The notes under the pieces are model-generated. The model searched no databases. It saw only the letters and a program-made list of their open reading frames with translations, and was not told the DNA's origin. A DNA stretch of 62,558 nucleotides, counting the filler. It is 4 parts of 4 records of this genome, joined end to end, with 100 filler letters (N's around TTAATTAATTAA, not from the genome) between each part and the next. Parts side by side here need not be neighbours in the genome. Positions count along the whole stretch, not along the records: positions 32,443 to 49,642 come from SRR20825010_1343; 3 more parts are not named here. One strand, written 5' to 3'. Positions 39,064-49,742 of the stretch are shown here, piece after piece; within the stretch, counting starts at the first letter, position 1, and each line of letters begins with the position of its first letter. The position numbers were made by a program, and so were the translations under genes.

Positions 39064-40607
39064 GCACGCTTACCGAAAACACCGGTCGTCGTCGCCGCAA
39101 ACGCGGTGGCGATACGCCCACCGCCAAACGCACCGTCAACTACCGGCAGCTCAAAAACCCCTTTACCCCGCAAACCGTCTTTACCGAGGACCGCGTGGTG
39201 GCGATCCACGACACTTCTCTAAAGGTGCTGGAGGAACTGGGCATCAAGGTGCTGCTGCCCGAGGCGCGCAGGCTGTTTGGGCAAGCGGGCGCGCGTGTCG
39301 ATGAGGACAGCCAGATGGTCTACATCGGGCGCGACATTGTCACGGCGGCGCTGGCCTCCGCCCCGCGCCAGTTTACCCTGCACGGCGGCGCGCCCGATCG
39401 ACATATCGACATGCAGTTGGGCAGCCTTGCGTTCCAGTCCGGGGCAGGGGCACCGAACTGTTCCGACATGTTGCGCGGTCGTCGTCCCGGCACCCTGCGC
39501 GACGTCGAGGAACTGACCAGGATCGTTCAGCATTTCGACGCCATCCAGATGCTATCACCGGGGGTGGAGCCGCAGGACATCCCCGTCCACTTGCGGCACT
39601 ACGCCTTTACCCGGATGCAGCTAAGTGTCTCGGACAAGGTGCCTTTTGTGTTCTCGCGCGGGACGGCGCAGGCGCGCGACGGGTTTGAGATGATCGCGGG
39701 TTTTCGCGGGCTGTCGGACGATCAGTTCATGCAAAACCCGCATTGCTATACGATCATCAACACCAACTCTCCGCGCCAGATCGACATTCCCATGGCGCAG
39801 GGCCTGATTGACTTTGCCCGGCACGGGCAGGTTTCTGTCGTCACGCCGTTCTGTCTGATGGGGGCCATGGCGCCGGTCACGGTCGCCGGGGCCATCACGC
39901 TTTCCCATGCAGAGGCTTTGGCCGGGATCACCCTGACGCAATTGGCCAACCCCGGCGCGCCGGTCTGCTACGGGGCCTTTGCTTCCAACGTCGACATGAA
40001 AAGTGGCGCGCCCGCCTTTGGCACGCCGGAACAGGTCAAGGCCAGCCTTGCGGCCGGGCAACTGGCCCGGCTGATCGGCCTGCCGTGGCGCAACGCCGCC
40101 GGGTGTGCCGCCAACACCAATGACGCGCAGGCCGCGCATGAGACAGAGATCAGCGCATGGGGCGCGTTGTTGTCGGGGGCCAGCATCATCATCCATGCCG
40201 CAGGCTGGATCGAGGGCGGGCTGACGGTCAGCTATGAAAAGCTGATCACCGACATGGAGATGGTGCAGGTCATGGCGGAACTCTGCGCCGCCACCCCGGC
40301 CGAGGACGCAGACATCGGCTTTGACGCGCTGGCAGAGGTGCAGCCGGGCGGGCATTTCTTTGCCTGCGCGCATACGATGGACCGCTATTCCACCGCATTT
40401 TACGAACCCTTGGTGGCGGATTGGACCAACTTTGGCACTTGGACGGAACGCGGCGCGCGCGACGCCAACGACCGGGCGCTGGACCTCTGGCAAAAGATCC
40501 TGTCGGACCACCGCGCCCCCGCCAATGTGACCGGCGACCGCCTGAACGCTCTCGACGCCTTTGTCGCCAAACGCACGGGAGAGGGCGGCGCGCCGCCCGC
40601 CGACTGA
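39060..40607 (+). CDS. mttB: Trimethylamine methyltransferase (MttB) superfamily, non-pyrrolysine
   Basis: INTNSPRQ, GAMAPVTVAG, NVDMKSGAPAFGTPE, HAAGWIEGGL, PGGHFF; no in-frame TAG. Confidence 0.92.
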   Translation: MSTLTENTGRRRRKRGGDTPTAKRTVNYRQLKNPFTPQTVFTEDRVVAIHDTSLKVLEELGIKVLLPEARRLFGQAGARVDEDSQMVYIGRDIVTAALASAPRQFTLHGGAPDRHIDMQLGSLAFQSGAGAPNCSDMLRGRRPGTLRDVEELTRIVQHFDAIQMLSPGVEPQDIPVHLRHYAFTRMQLSVSDKVPFVFSRGTAQARDGFEMIAGFRGLSDDQFMQNPHCYTIINTNSPRQIDIPMAQGLIDFARHGQVSVVTPFCLMGAMAPVTVAGAITLSHAEALAGITLTQLANPGAPVCYGAFASNVDMKSGAPAFGTPEQVKASLAAGQLARLIGLPWRNAAGCAANTNDAQAAHETEISAWGALLSGASIIIHAAGWIEGGLTVSYEKLITDMEMVQVMAELCAATPAEDADIGFDALAEVQPGGHFFACAHTMDRYSTAFYEPLVADWTNFGTWTERGARDANDRALDLWQKILSDHRAPANVTGDRLNALDAFVAKRTGEGGAPPAD

Positions 40608-41236
40608 TGGCCGAAGACGACCTCCCCGGTAATATCAAGGTCACGCGCGCCGACTGGCTTGGCGCGGCAAGGGATCTTCTGATTTCGGACGGCGTGCAGT
40701 CGGTCAAAGTGCAGACCATCGGCGCGCGACTCGGCGTATCGCGCTCATCCTTCTATTGGTATTTCCAGAGCCGCCAGGACCTGCTGGATCAGCTGCTGTC
40801 GGAATGGGAACGCAGCAACACTGGCGTCATGATCCGTCACGCAAACATGCGCGCGCCAACGATCACCGCCGCAGTCAATAACTTTTTTCGCTGCGTGGTC
40901 GATCCCGATGGGTTCAATCACCAACTGGACTTTGCGGTGCGCGAATGGGCGCGGCGTGATCCTGCCGTACGCAGTGTGATTGACCGATCCGACGCGGCGC
41001 GCCAGCAGGCCATTGCGGATATGTTCATCCGCCACGACTATGACCCGGCAGAGGCCGGCATCCGTTCGCGGGTGCTGTATTACCAGCAGATCGGTTATTA
41101 CGCGCTGGAACTGGCCGAAACGGTCGAGGACCGCCTGTCCCGGGTCGAGGGCTACCTGTACTGTTTCACCGGCGTTCACCCCTCTGCCGCAGAGGTCGAG
41201 GAGTTCAAGCGCTACGCCCGCAGCCATGAAACGTGA
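40607..41236 (+). CDS. TetR/AcrR-family regulator
   Basis: HTH GARLGVSRSSFYWYF; ATG overlaps the mttB stop. Confidence 0.9.
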   Translation: MAEDDLPGNIKVTRADWLGAARDLLISDGVQSVKVQTIGARLGVSRSSFYWYFQSRQDLLDQLLSEWERSNTGVMIRHANMRAPTITAAVNNFFRCVVDPDGFNHQLDFAVREWARRDPAVRSVIDRSDAARQQAIADMFIRHDYDPAEAGIRSRVLYYQQIGYYALELAETVEDRLSRVEGYLYCFTGVHPSAAEVEEFKRYARSHET

Positions 41237-41374
41237 CCCCGGTGCGCCTGTCTGAACGGTCAGGTACAGGGCGGAACGGCTTGCATGGCAAGTCCCCGCC
41301 GAAACCCGCGTAATTGTGACTCACCTTTGCAATTTGCTTCTTTGCGTCCGCGTTACATCTTATAGGGTGGAAGC

Positions 41375-43258
41375 ATGAAAACAGGGCTAGATATACCATT
41401 GCGCGCCGACAGGCGTCGCGGCATTGCGCAAGGCGACCTGCGCGGGCGAGCATTGCTGCGCGGCACGGTTTTTGCCGCTTTGACCGGCCTTTGTCTGGCG
41501 CTGCCGTTTCCAGCGCAAAGCTTTGACAGCCTGACGTTTAGCGTCGCGGGCCCGGATGAGGACACGCTGACGCGCAGCCTGCGCAGCGCATCGATTCTGG
41601 CGCAGTTGGAACAAGATGAGGACAGAGCCCCACAAGACATTCTGGCCGCCGCGCAAGGCGACTATGCGCGCCTTGTCGAGGCGCTATATGCGCAGGGCTA
41701 TTATTCGGCGGTGGTGCGTATCACGCTGGACGGGCAAGAGGCCGCAACCATCCCGCCTTTCTCGGTACCCAAGCGGATCGACAAGGTGCGGGTGCGGGTC
41801 GAACCGGGGGAGTTGTTCACCTTTGGCAAAACGCAGGTCGCGCCGACAAATAAGCGCGTACCATTGCCCGAGGGGTTTGCGTCTGGCGCGCCGGCGCAGG
41901 CCACAGTGGTCCGAGACACAGCGCAGGCCGCGATAGAGGGGTGGCGTGCTGCCGGCTACGCCAAGGCCGAAATCGCCGACCAAAGCATCACTGCCAGACA
42001 CGCGGCTGCCAAGCTGGACGTGGCATTGGCTGTGGCCAAGGGGCGTCAATTCCGCTTTGGCGACGTTCTGATCACGTCAGACAGCGCTGTGCGTGAGGCG
42101 CGTATCCGCCAGATCGCCGGCGTGCCGCGCGGCGAAACCTTTGATCCGGTCGCGGTTGAGGATGCCGCGCAGCGTCTGCGGGCTACCGGCACCTTTCGGT
42201 CCGTCACCGTGACAGAGGCCGATGAGGGCGGACCGGACGACACGCTGGACCTTTTGATCGAAGTGACCGACCGCAAGCCGCGCCGCTTTGGCTTTGGCGC
42301 GGAACTGTCGTCGTCCGAGGGGGCGATGCTGTCGGCCTTTTGGTTGCACCGGAACCTGTTTGGCGGGGCCGAACGGCTTCGGGTCGAAGGGGAGGCCGCG
42401 CAACTCGGCGGATCGGGCATGAAACCCGATTATGACGTGACCGCGCGTTTTGAGAAACCGGCCGTCTACGGCCCGGATACGATGTTCTTTGCCACCACCG
42501 GTCTCAGCTACGACGATGAGGATGACTACATCGACCGGAACTTTACCTTCGGCCTTGGGGTGACACGCGCGTTTTCCAAGCAGGTGACCGGAGAGGTGGG
42601 CATCTCTTACAGCCGTTCGAACATCACCGACCTGTATTTGCCGGGCGATCCGACGCGTTTGCTGACGGTCCTGTCACTGCCGACTGCCGTGACCATCGAC
42701 CGCCGCGACGACAAACTGGACCCGACAGAGGGGCTGTATCTGCGCGCAGAGCTGGAACCGTTTGCCATCGTCAATACGGGCGAAAACGGCGGGCGCTACG
42801 CCTTTGATATTCGCGGCTACCGCGCCTTTGGCAGCGAAGAGTCCGTGGTTCTGGCAGGACGGTTGCAACTGGCGGGCATGTTTGGGCCAAGCGCGGCTGA
42901 CGCGCCGCCTGATTACTTGCTCTATTCCGGCGGGGGCGGCACCGTTCGCGGCCAGCCTTACCAGTCGCTGGATGTGGATTACTCTGGCACCCGGCTGGGC
43001 GGTCGCAGCTTTGCGGGTATCTCGACAGAGGTGCGCGTGGATGTGACCGACAGCATCGGCGTCGTGGGCTTTGCCGACGCGGGCTATGTCGGCGCAGAGA
43101 GCTTTCCTGATGGCAGCGGCGACTGGCATGCGGGCGCGGGTCTGGGCATTCGCTATGCCACGCCCGTGGGGCCAATCCGCTTTGACGTGGCCGGGCCGGT
43201 GGCGGGCGACACAGGCGAAGGCGTTCAGATTTATATCGGGATCGGGCAGGCATTCTGA
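41375..43258 (+). CDS. tamA: TamA (Omp85 family) autotransporter assembly protein
   Basis: POTRA-like N-terminus, GGGGTVRGQPY, GPIRFDVA, C-terminal YIGIGQAF. Confidence 0.92.
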   Translation: MKTGLDIPLRADRRRGIAQGDLRGRALLRGTVFAALTGLCLALPFPAQSFDSLTFSVAGPDEDTLTRSLRSASILAQLEQDEDRAPQDILAAAQGDYARLVEALYAQGYYSAVVRITLDGQEAATIPPFSVPKRIDKVRVRVEPGELFTFGKTQVAPTNKRVPLPEGFASGAPAQATVVRDTAQAAIEGWRAAGYAKAEIADQSITARHAAAKLDVALAVAKGRQFRFGDVLITSDSAVREARIRQIAGVPRGETFDPVAVEDAAQRLRATGTFRSVTVTEADEGGPDDTLDLLIEVTDRKPRRFGFGAELSSSEGAMLSAFWLHRNLFGGAERLRVEGEAAQLGGSGMKPDYDVTARFEKPAVYGPDTMFFATTGLSYDDEDDYIDRNFTFGLGVTRAFSKQVTGEVGISYSRSNITDLYLPGDPTRLLTVLSLPTAVTIDRRDDKLDPTEGLYLRAELEPFAIVNTGENGGRYAFDIRGYRAFGSEESVVLAGRLQLAGMFGPSAADAPPDYLLYSGGGGTVRGQPYQSLDVDYSGTRLGGRSFAGISTEVRVDVTDSIGVVGFADAGYVGAESFPDGSGDWHAGAGLGIRYATPVGPIRFDVAGPVAGDTGEGVQIYIGIGQAF

Positions 43259-46200
43259 TGCGTTTTATTCGAGTTTTCTTGGTGCTGGTCCTGTGGCCGG
43301 TGGCTCTTGTCGCGCAAAGCGATGATCGCGGCTATATTCAGGGTCTGCTGGAGGACGCGCTGTCCGACGCGGGCCGCGAGGTGAGGATCGAAGGGTTTGC
43401 CGGGGCGTTGAGTTCGCGCGCCACCATCGACCGGATCGTCATTTCCGATGAAGACGGCGTTTGGTTGACTGCCAGCGATGTGGCCATGGTCTGGACCCGC
43501 ACCGCACTGGTGCGCGGCGCGGTCGAGATTGATGAGATCACCGTCGGCCGGATCGACATGCCGCGCCTGCCGGTGCCGCTGGCCACGGATGCGCCGCCCT
43601 CACCAGAGGCACGCAGCGCGTTCAAGCTGCCGGAATTGCCGGTCTCGCTGAATCTGGCACAGTTGGACCTGAAAGAAGTTGCGCTGGGCGCGCCGGTGGC
43701 AAAAGAGGCGCTTGTTCTGCGGGTGCAGGGCAACGCGCAGCTGTCTGGCGGTGAAGGTGACGCCACCTTGCGGATCGACAGGTTGGACGCGGGCGGCAAC
43801 CTGCGGCTCGCTGGGGCCTATAGCAACAGCAGCCGGGTACTGCGCATCGACACCGAATTTCAGGAACCGGCGGGCGGGCTGGTGGCCAGAATGCTTGGCT
43901 TGCCGGATGAGCCTTCGGTGGCGCTCAGCCTCAAGGGCGACGCACCGATTGATGATTTCGCTGCGGAATTGGTGCTGGCCACGGATGGCGAGGAACGGCT
44001 GGCAGGCGACATCGTGCTGCGCGCCAATGGCGATGCGGACACACAGCAGGTTTCACTGGATATTGGCGGCGACCTTGCCCCGATGCTGGCCCCGGCCTAC
44101 CGAGAGTTTCTGGGTGATGACATCCGCCTTCGGGTCGATGCGACACGTCAGGCCGATGGGGCCGTCGCATTGGAACAGTTGAGTCTGCGGGCCGATGCGC
44201 TACGCCTGACTGGCTCTGCCGCCATCGCGGGCGATGGCTGGCCGCAGAGGTTGGCATTGTCGGGACAGATCGTGCCGCCCGATGGCGAAGTGGTGTTGCT
44301 GCCGCTGCCGGGGCAAAAGGTCTATATCGCGGGCTCGACGCTGGAGGGCAGCTTTGACGCCGACGCGGGCAATGGCTGGCGGTTGAGCCTTGATGCCACC
44401 GGGGTCACGGCTGATGCCGGGCGCGCCGACAGACTGGTGCTGAGCGGCACAGGTGAGATTGATCGCGCCGCGTCCCGTGTGACTGGCGGGCTCCGTCTGG
44501 CCGCCGGTGGTCTGGCCCCGGCGGAACAGGCATTGGCAGAGGCGATTGGCACGGCCCTGCGTGGCAATTTCGATTTTGACTGGCAACCCGGCGCGCCACT
44601 GGTGCTGAGCGGGCTGGATCTGTCTGGGGCGGACTATGGTCTGACCGGCTCTGTCACAGTGGGAGAGGCCGAAACCCTGAACCCGCGCGTGACGCCGGAC
44701 ATTCGTCTGGCGGCCGAGGATCTGTCGCGGTTTGCCGCGCTGTCCGGCATCGCGCTGCGCGGCGCGGCCGAAGTGGCAATCACCGGCGCTGTCCTGCCGG
44801 TTACAGGCGGTTTCGACCTCAACATTGATGGCACCACGCAGGGTCTTGGCACCGGCATCGCGCAGGTCGATCCGCTGATTGCCGGGGTTGGCAGCCTGCA
44901 ACTGGCCGTCGTCCGCGACGAGACCGGACTGCGCGCCGACCGGCTGTTACTGATCACGCCAGAGGCCCGGATCGAGGGCAGCGGCACACTGGCCACCGGC
45001 GCCAGCAGCCTGCGGGCTGACGCGCGCATTCGTGAAACTGCGCTGGTCCTGCCGGAATTGTCCGGCCCGACTACGCTGGACCTCAGCGCCGATCAAAACG
45101 GTGATCTGTGGACGCTGGAGGCGGATGGTGCGCTGGCGGATGCGGGGCGTCTGATCTATGCGGGCACCGTCGATTTTGGGCCCGAGGTGCCAAAACTGTC
45201 CGGACGGCTAGAGGCGGCGATCTCACGCCTGTCGGCCTTTTCTGACCTCGCCGGGCAGTCGCTGAACGGTTCTGCGGATCTGACTCTCAACGGTGAGGGC
45301 CGTCTGGATGGCAGCGCCTTTACCGTCAGCGCAGAGGGGCGCACGACGGACCTGCGCCTTGGCCTGCCGGACATCGATCCATTGTTGGCGGGCCGCACTG
45401 CGGTGAGCGTCAAGGCGGCGCGCACCAGCGGTGGACCGATCACCGTCGACCCACTGACGCTGGACGGGGTGATTGACGCGCGCTTTGTTGGCACCGTCAC
45501 ACCCGGCGGATTGCAGGGGCCTGCGGTGGACGGCCGATTGACGGCGGATATGGCATCGCTGGCGCCTTTGACACGGTTGTCCGGGATGGCCCTGCGCGGC
45601 GCCGCCCAGATCGAGGTGCAAGCCGCGGGCGGAGTGCTGAATGGCCCGCTGGACCTGTCGGCGGTGGTGCGCGGGCAGGGGCTGGGCGTTGGGATCGCCA
45701 CCGTGGACCCATTGCTGGCGGGCAATACGCGGCTGGACCTGACTGTCGCACGGCAGACCAATGGTGCCTACAGCATCAGTGAGGCCATGCTGGACGCCAG
45801 CGGCATCGACGGGCGCGTGACCGGCAGCTACGGACCCGGGGCGGCGGCGGATTTGAACCTTGTGGTTGCCTTGGCCAACCTAGGCGCCTTGGTGCCAGAC
45901 CTGCCGGGGCCCGCGCAGGTCACCGGAAGCGCACGGCGTGATGGTGGCTCCTGGCAATTGTCGCTGGACGGATCCGGTCCGGGGGGCATCGGCGCGCGGG
46001 TGAACGGTACGGCGGCAGAAGATTTCAGCCGGTTTGACCTGAATCTGAACGGCTCTGCGCCGCTGGCGCTGGCCAATGGGCGGCTGGCCCCGCAGGTCGT
46101 CAACGGCATCGCCAATTTTGAACTGGGTCTGAACGGACCGCCGCAGTTGTCAGCGCTGTCAGGCGTGATCTCGACCGAGAATGCGCGCTTTGCCGCGCCA

Positions 46201-47319
46201 GCACAGAATATCATCCTTAACGATCTGACTGGGCAGGTGCGCCTGTCGGGGGGGCGGGCCGAGCTGGGGTTCTCCGGGGCCTTGGACAGTGGCGGACGCG
46301 TCGCCCTGGAGGGGCCCGTGACGCTGGCAGCCCCTTTCAATGGGACGCTGGAGTTGCGCCTGCGCGACGCTGTCGTGCGCCAGCCCGACCTGTTCGAGAC
46401 CACCGCCAACGGAGAAGTGCGCATCGACGGTCCGCTGACCGGCGGCGCGCGGATCGGTGGGATCGTGGAACTGGGCACAGTCGAGGCGCGGATTCCCAAC
46501 ATCGGTGCCAGCTATGCGGCGCTAGATGGGTTGCAGCATCAGGGTATGCCGCAGGACGTGGCGCTGACCTTGCAATTCGCCGGCCTGAATGAGTCCGCCG
46601 ATACAACAACCGGGCCCGCAGTCAGTTATCCGTTGGATCTGACCGTACGGGCGACCAACCGGATCTTTGTGCGCGGTCGCGGACTGGATGCGGAACTGGG
46701 CGGCACGCTGCGCCTGCGCGGCACCACGTCGGACATCGTGCCGGTGGGGCAGTTCGATTTGATCCGGGGCCGTCTGGACCTGCTGGGCCGTCGGTTGGAT
46801 CTGACCGAAGGCTCTGTTGCGTTGCGCGGCAGTTTTGACCCTGTGGTGCGCTTTGTCGCCACCACGCGGGTCGAGGATACAGACATCACCATCACCATCG
46901 AGGGGCCTGCGTCCTCGCCGGAACTGGTGGTGGGCTCTGTGCCGGATCTGCCGCAGGATGAGGCTCTGTCGTTTTTCCTGTTCGGCCGTTCGGTGACGGA
47001 ACTGTCGGCGCTGCAGGCGGTGCAACTGGCGTCGGCGGTACGCACCTTGTCGGGGAGCGGCGGGCTGGGCCTGACGGAATCGCTGCGCAGCGGGTTGGGG
47101 GTGTCAGATCTGGACATTGGTACTGCCGACGACGGCACGATCGAGGCCCGCGCGGGAGCCTATCTAGGGGAAAACCTCTACAGCGACGTGACCGTGGATG
47201 CCAAAGGCGCGAGTGAGATCAACCTGAACCTGACGGTGAACCCCAACGTAACCGTGCGCGGGCGGCTGGGGTCGGACGGGACCAGCGGCATCGGCGTGTT
47301 TTTTGAGCGCGATTACTGA
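43258..47319 (+). CDS. tamB: TamB translocation and assembly module protein
   Basis: RIFVRGRGLDAELGG, LPQDEAL, C-terminal GVFFERDY. Confidence 0.92.
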   Translation: MRFIRVFLVLVLWPVALVAQSDDRGYIQGLLEDALSDAGREVRIEGFAGALSSRATIDRIVISDEDGVWLTASDVAMVWTRTALVRGAVEIDEITVGRIDMPRLPVPLATDAPPSPEARSAFKLPELPVSLNLAQLDLKEVALGAPVAKEALVLRVQGNAQLSGGEGDATLRIDRLDAGGNLRLAGAYSNSSRVLRIDTEFQEPAGGLVARMLGLPDEPSVALSLKGDAPIDDFAAELVLATDGEERLAGDIVLRANGDADTQQVSLDIGGDLAPMLAPAYREFLGDDIRLRVDATRQADGAVALEQLSLRADALRLTGSAAIAGDGWPQRLALSGQIVPPDGEVVLLPLPGQKVYIAGSTLEGSFDADAGNGWRLSLDATGVTADAGRADRLVLSGTGEIDRAASRVTGGLRLAAGGLAPAEQALAEAIGTALRGNFDFDWQPGAPLVLSGLDLSGADYGLTGSVTVGEAETLNPRVTPDIRLAAEDLSRFAALSGIALRGAAEVAITGAVLPVTGGFDLNIDGTTQGLGTGIAQVDPLIAGVGSLQLAVVRDETGLRADRLLLITPEARIEGSGTLATGASSLRADARIRETALVLPELSGPTTLDLSADQNGDLWTLEADGALADAGRLIYAGTVDFGPEVPKLSGRLEAAISRLSAFSDLAGQSLNGSADLTLNGEGRLDGSAFTVSAEGRTTDLRLGLPDIDPLLAGRTAVSVKAARTSGGPITVDPLTLDGVIDARFVGTVTPGGLQGPAVDGRLTADMASLAPLTRLSGMALRGAAQIEVQAAGGVLNGPLDLSAVVRGQGLGVGIATVDPLLAGNTRLDLTVARQTNGAYSISEAMLDASGIDGRVTGSYGPGAAADLNLVVALANLGALVPDLPGPAQVTGSARRDGGSWQLSLDGSGPGGIGARVNGTAAEDFSRFDLNLNGSAPLALANGRLAPQVVNGIANFELGLNGPPQLSALSGVISTENARFAAPAQNIILNDLTGQVRLSGGRAELGFSGALDSGGRVALEGPVTLAAPFNGTLELRLRDAVVRQPDLFETTANGEVRIDGPLTGGARIGGIVELGTVEARIPNIGASYAALDGLQHQGMPQDVALTLQFAGLNESADTTTGPAVSYPLDLTVRATNRIFVRGRGLDAELGGTLRLRGTTSDIVPVGQFDLIRGRLDLLGRRLDLTEGSVALRGSFDPVVRFVATTRVEDTDITITIEGPASSPELVVGSVPDLPQDEALSFFLFGRSVTELSALQAVQLASAVRTLSGSGGLGLTESLRSGLGVSDLDIGTADDGTIEARAGAYLGENLYSDVTVDAKGASEINLNLTVNPNVTVRGRLGSDGTSGIGVFFERDY

Positions 47320-47569
47320 GCGGAATTGGTGAATTGAGGACGGGGGACGGCGCTCGACGCAGCCTGCGGCTGCGACGTCACCCCGCCCACCGTCCCCGGC
47401 CACAAGTACGCTTACGGTCGGTGTGGCAGCCGCGATGTCGGTGGCTCTTTGGATTGATGTTAGTCTAAACGGACAACGGCCGGCGCTCTTGCGAGGCGCC
47501 GGCCGTTGGTTTGTTTGGGTATCAATGACGGTTCCGTGGAGCCGTCATCAAGGGCAGGGGCCGCGCCTA

Positions 47570-47989
47570 TCAGCGCACCACCAGAACCGATTGGTTCGCA
47601 TGGCGGACCACACGCGCGGCATTCGGCCCGACAAGGTAATCGCGCAGTTCCGGACGGTGCGCGCCGACGACAATCGCGTCGGCCTGGATTGCATCCGCGG
47701 TGCGGATGATCTTGTCATAGACCGTGCCCTGTTCGATGTGCAGATGGGCCTCCATCCCCAGTACCGTGTCCACCCATTTGTGCAGGGCGACCCGCGTTTC
47801 CTCTAGTACGGACCCGGCGAAATCACCGCTGAAGGCGGAACCAACCAGCGCAAAGCCCATGTTGGGCACCACGCTGATCACATGGACCTCTGCCTGGCAC
47901 ATCCGTGCCAAGCCAGTGCCGTATTGGGCGAGCTTGGCGGCGCCCGTTTCGTCGTTCAAGTCAACCGCCAGAAGGATCTTGCTATACAT
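47570..47989 (-). CDS. Universal stress protein
   Basis: YSKILLAVDL, IVVGAH..DYLVGPNAARVVRHA. Confidence 0.92.
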   Translation of the reverse strand: MYSKILLAVDLNDETGAAKLAQYGTGLARMCQAEVHVISVVPNMGFALVGSAFSGDFAGSVLEETRVALHKWVDTVLGMEAHLHIEQGTVYDKIIRTADAIQADAIVVGAHRPELRDYLVGPNAARVVRHANQSVLVVR

Positions 47990-48010
47990 CTTGTCTCTCC
48001 TTGGGTTGGG

Positions 48011-49642
48011 TCAGAACGGGGCTTGGGTGGCGCGGCGGCGCTGGATCAGCACGATGCCTGCCAGCAACAGCAGCGCCGGGATAAAGAAGATCTCTTTGGG
48101 AATGCGATCTGCCTCTACCTCGACCCGGGTGATGATCACCGGGCTGTCGCCATAGTAATCGTACTCTGTCCCACCCAACGGCTGGATCAGCTCCGGTCCG
48201 CCAAAGGGTTCGTCCAGCAGCAGTTTGCCGTCCTCCTCAAACACCGACAGGCTTTGATCAGACAAGGTCGACGCACCGGCGGCAGGCACCAGAACGGTAA
48301 CCGGCCGCACCTTGGCGGTGTCGAAGTCCGGCCCCTCGACCGTGATCCGTACGTCTTTGCCTTCTGCCGTTTCCTCGATCAGTGTCAGGGCGGCGGGCCC
48401 TTCGGCGGTGACGTATTTCTCTGTCACCTGATCCAGGAAATAGCCCGGTCGGAACAGCATGAAGGCGATCAGCAGCAGCACGCCGGTTTCCCACATCTTC
48501 GACTTAGCGATGAAATAGCCCTGTGTTGCGGCGGCAAAGAGCAGCATTGCAGTCAGCGATATGAAGAAAACGAAGACCGCCTTGAACAGCCCCACGTCGA
48601 TCAACAGCAAGTCAGTGTTGAAGATGAACAGGAAGGGCAGCAGTGCCGTGCGGATGTCATAAGCAAAGCCCTGAATACCGGTCTTGATCGGGTCGCCCCG
48701 ACTGATCGCCGCCGCCGCATAGGCTGCAAGGCCCACAGGTGGCGTGTCATCCGCGAGAATCCCGAAGTAGAACACGAACATGTGGACCGCGATCAGCGGG
48801 ACGATCAGGCCGGACTGTGCGCCGACGCTGACAATGACCGGTGCCATGAGAGAGCTGACGACGATGTAGTTGGCGGTTGTGGGCAAGCCCATGCCAAGGA
48901 TCAGCGACAGGATCGCCACAAGGAAGAGCAGCACCATCAGGTTGCCGCCAGAGATCACCTCGATCACCTGACCGATGACCTGATGCGCGCCGGTGAGAGA
49001 GATGGTGCCGACGATGATACCGGCGGCACCCGTGGCGACACCGATGCCGATCATATTGCGCGCGCCAAGGATCAGCCCGTTGACGAAATCACGCCAGCCC
49101 GCGACCAGTTCTGCCGCGTGACCTTCGCCGCGAAAGAACGCCTTTAGCGGGCGATGCGTCAGCGCGATGATGATCATGAAGATGGTGGCCCAGAAGGCCG
49201 ACAGCGCAGGCGACAGGCGGTCAAGGTTCTCGGTCCGCACCATCAGGTTCCACACCAGAATGAAGATCGGGATCGAGAAATACAGGCCCCCGATCAGGGT
49301 GGGGGTCAGGCGCGGCGCGGTGGGGGCGCCGTCGGTGTCCTTGTCTTCTTCGATGTCGGGATAGCGCGCAGACAGCGACACCAGCGCCACATAAAGCACC
49401 GCAATCAGCGCGACGGCGGCATAGATCGAGTCGCCCATGATCGGGTCAAGGATGCCGCGCAGGCCGATCATCAGGAAGGCGCAGATGCCAAGAAAGATGA
49501 AGCCCGACAGGAACAGGATCAGGATCATCAGCACGCCGATGCGGCGGCCCGGCTTTTCCAGACCCTTCAGGCCCATTTTCAGCGATTCCAAGTGCACGAT
49601 ATACAGCAGCGCGATGTAGGAAATCACCGCCGGCAGAAAGGC
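48011..49642 (-). CDS. TRAP transporter 4TM/12TM fusion permease (TAXI type, DUF3394 tail), 5'-truncated
   Basis: LGMGLPTTANYI, HMFVFYFGILADDTPPV; frame open to the spacer. Confidence 0.92.
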   Translation of the reverse strand, partial: AFLPAVISYIALLYIVHLESLKMGLKGLEKPGRRIGVLMILILFLSGFIFLGICAFLMIGLRGILDPIMGDSIYAAVALIAVLYVALVSLSARYPDIEEDKDTDGAPTAPRLTPTLIGGLYFSIPIFILVWNLMVRTENLDRLSPALSAFWATIFMIIIALTHRPLKAFFRGEGHAAELVAGWRDFVNGLILGARNMIGIGVATGAAGIIVGTISLTGAHQVIGQVIEVISGGNLMVLLFLVAILSLILGMGLPTTANYIVVSSLMAPVIVSVGAQSGLIVPLIAVHMFVFYFGILADDTPPVGLAAYAAAAISRGDPIKTGIQGFAYDIRTALLPFLFIFNTDLLLIDVGLFKAVFVFFISLTAMLLFAAATQGYFIAKSKMWETGVLLLIAFMLFRPGYFLDQVTEKYVTAEGPAALTLIEETAEGKDVRITVEGPDFDTAKVRPVTVLVPAAGASTLSDQSLSVFEEDGKLLLDEPFGGPELIQPLGGTEYDYYGDSPVIITRVEVEADRIPKEIFFIPALLLLAGIVLIQRRRATQAPF

Positions 49643-49742
49643 NNNNNNNNNNNNNNNNNNNNNNNNNNNNNNNNNNNNNNNNNNNNTTAATTAATTAANN
49701 NNNNNNNNNNNNNNNNNNNNNNNNNNNNNNNNNNNNNNNNNN
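49643..49742. other. Artificial contig spacer
   Basis: N44-TTAATTAATTAA-N44. Confidence 0.99.

Noticed and set aside
39060-40607. Pyrrolysine recoding in mttB
   Set aside because: The ORF is uninterrupted, with no in-frame TAG and no pyl genes.
41375-49642. tamAB and TRAP-USP as novel systems
   Set aside because: Ordinary, well-known gene pairs in Rhodobacteraceae.
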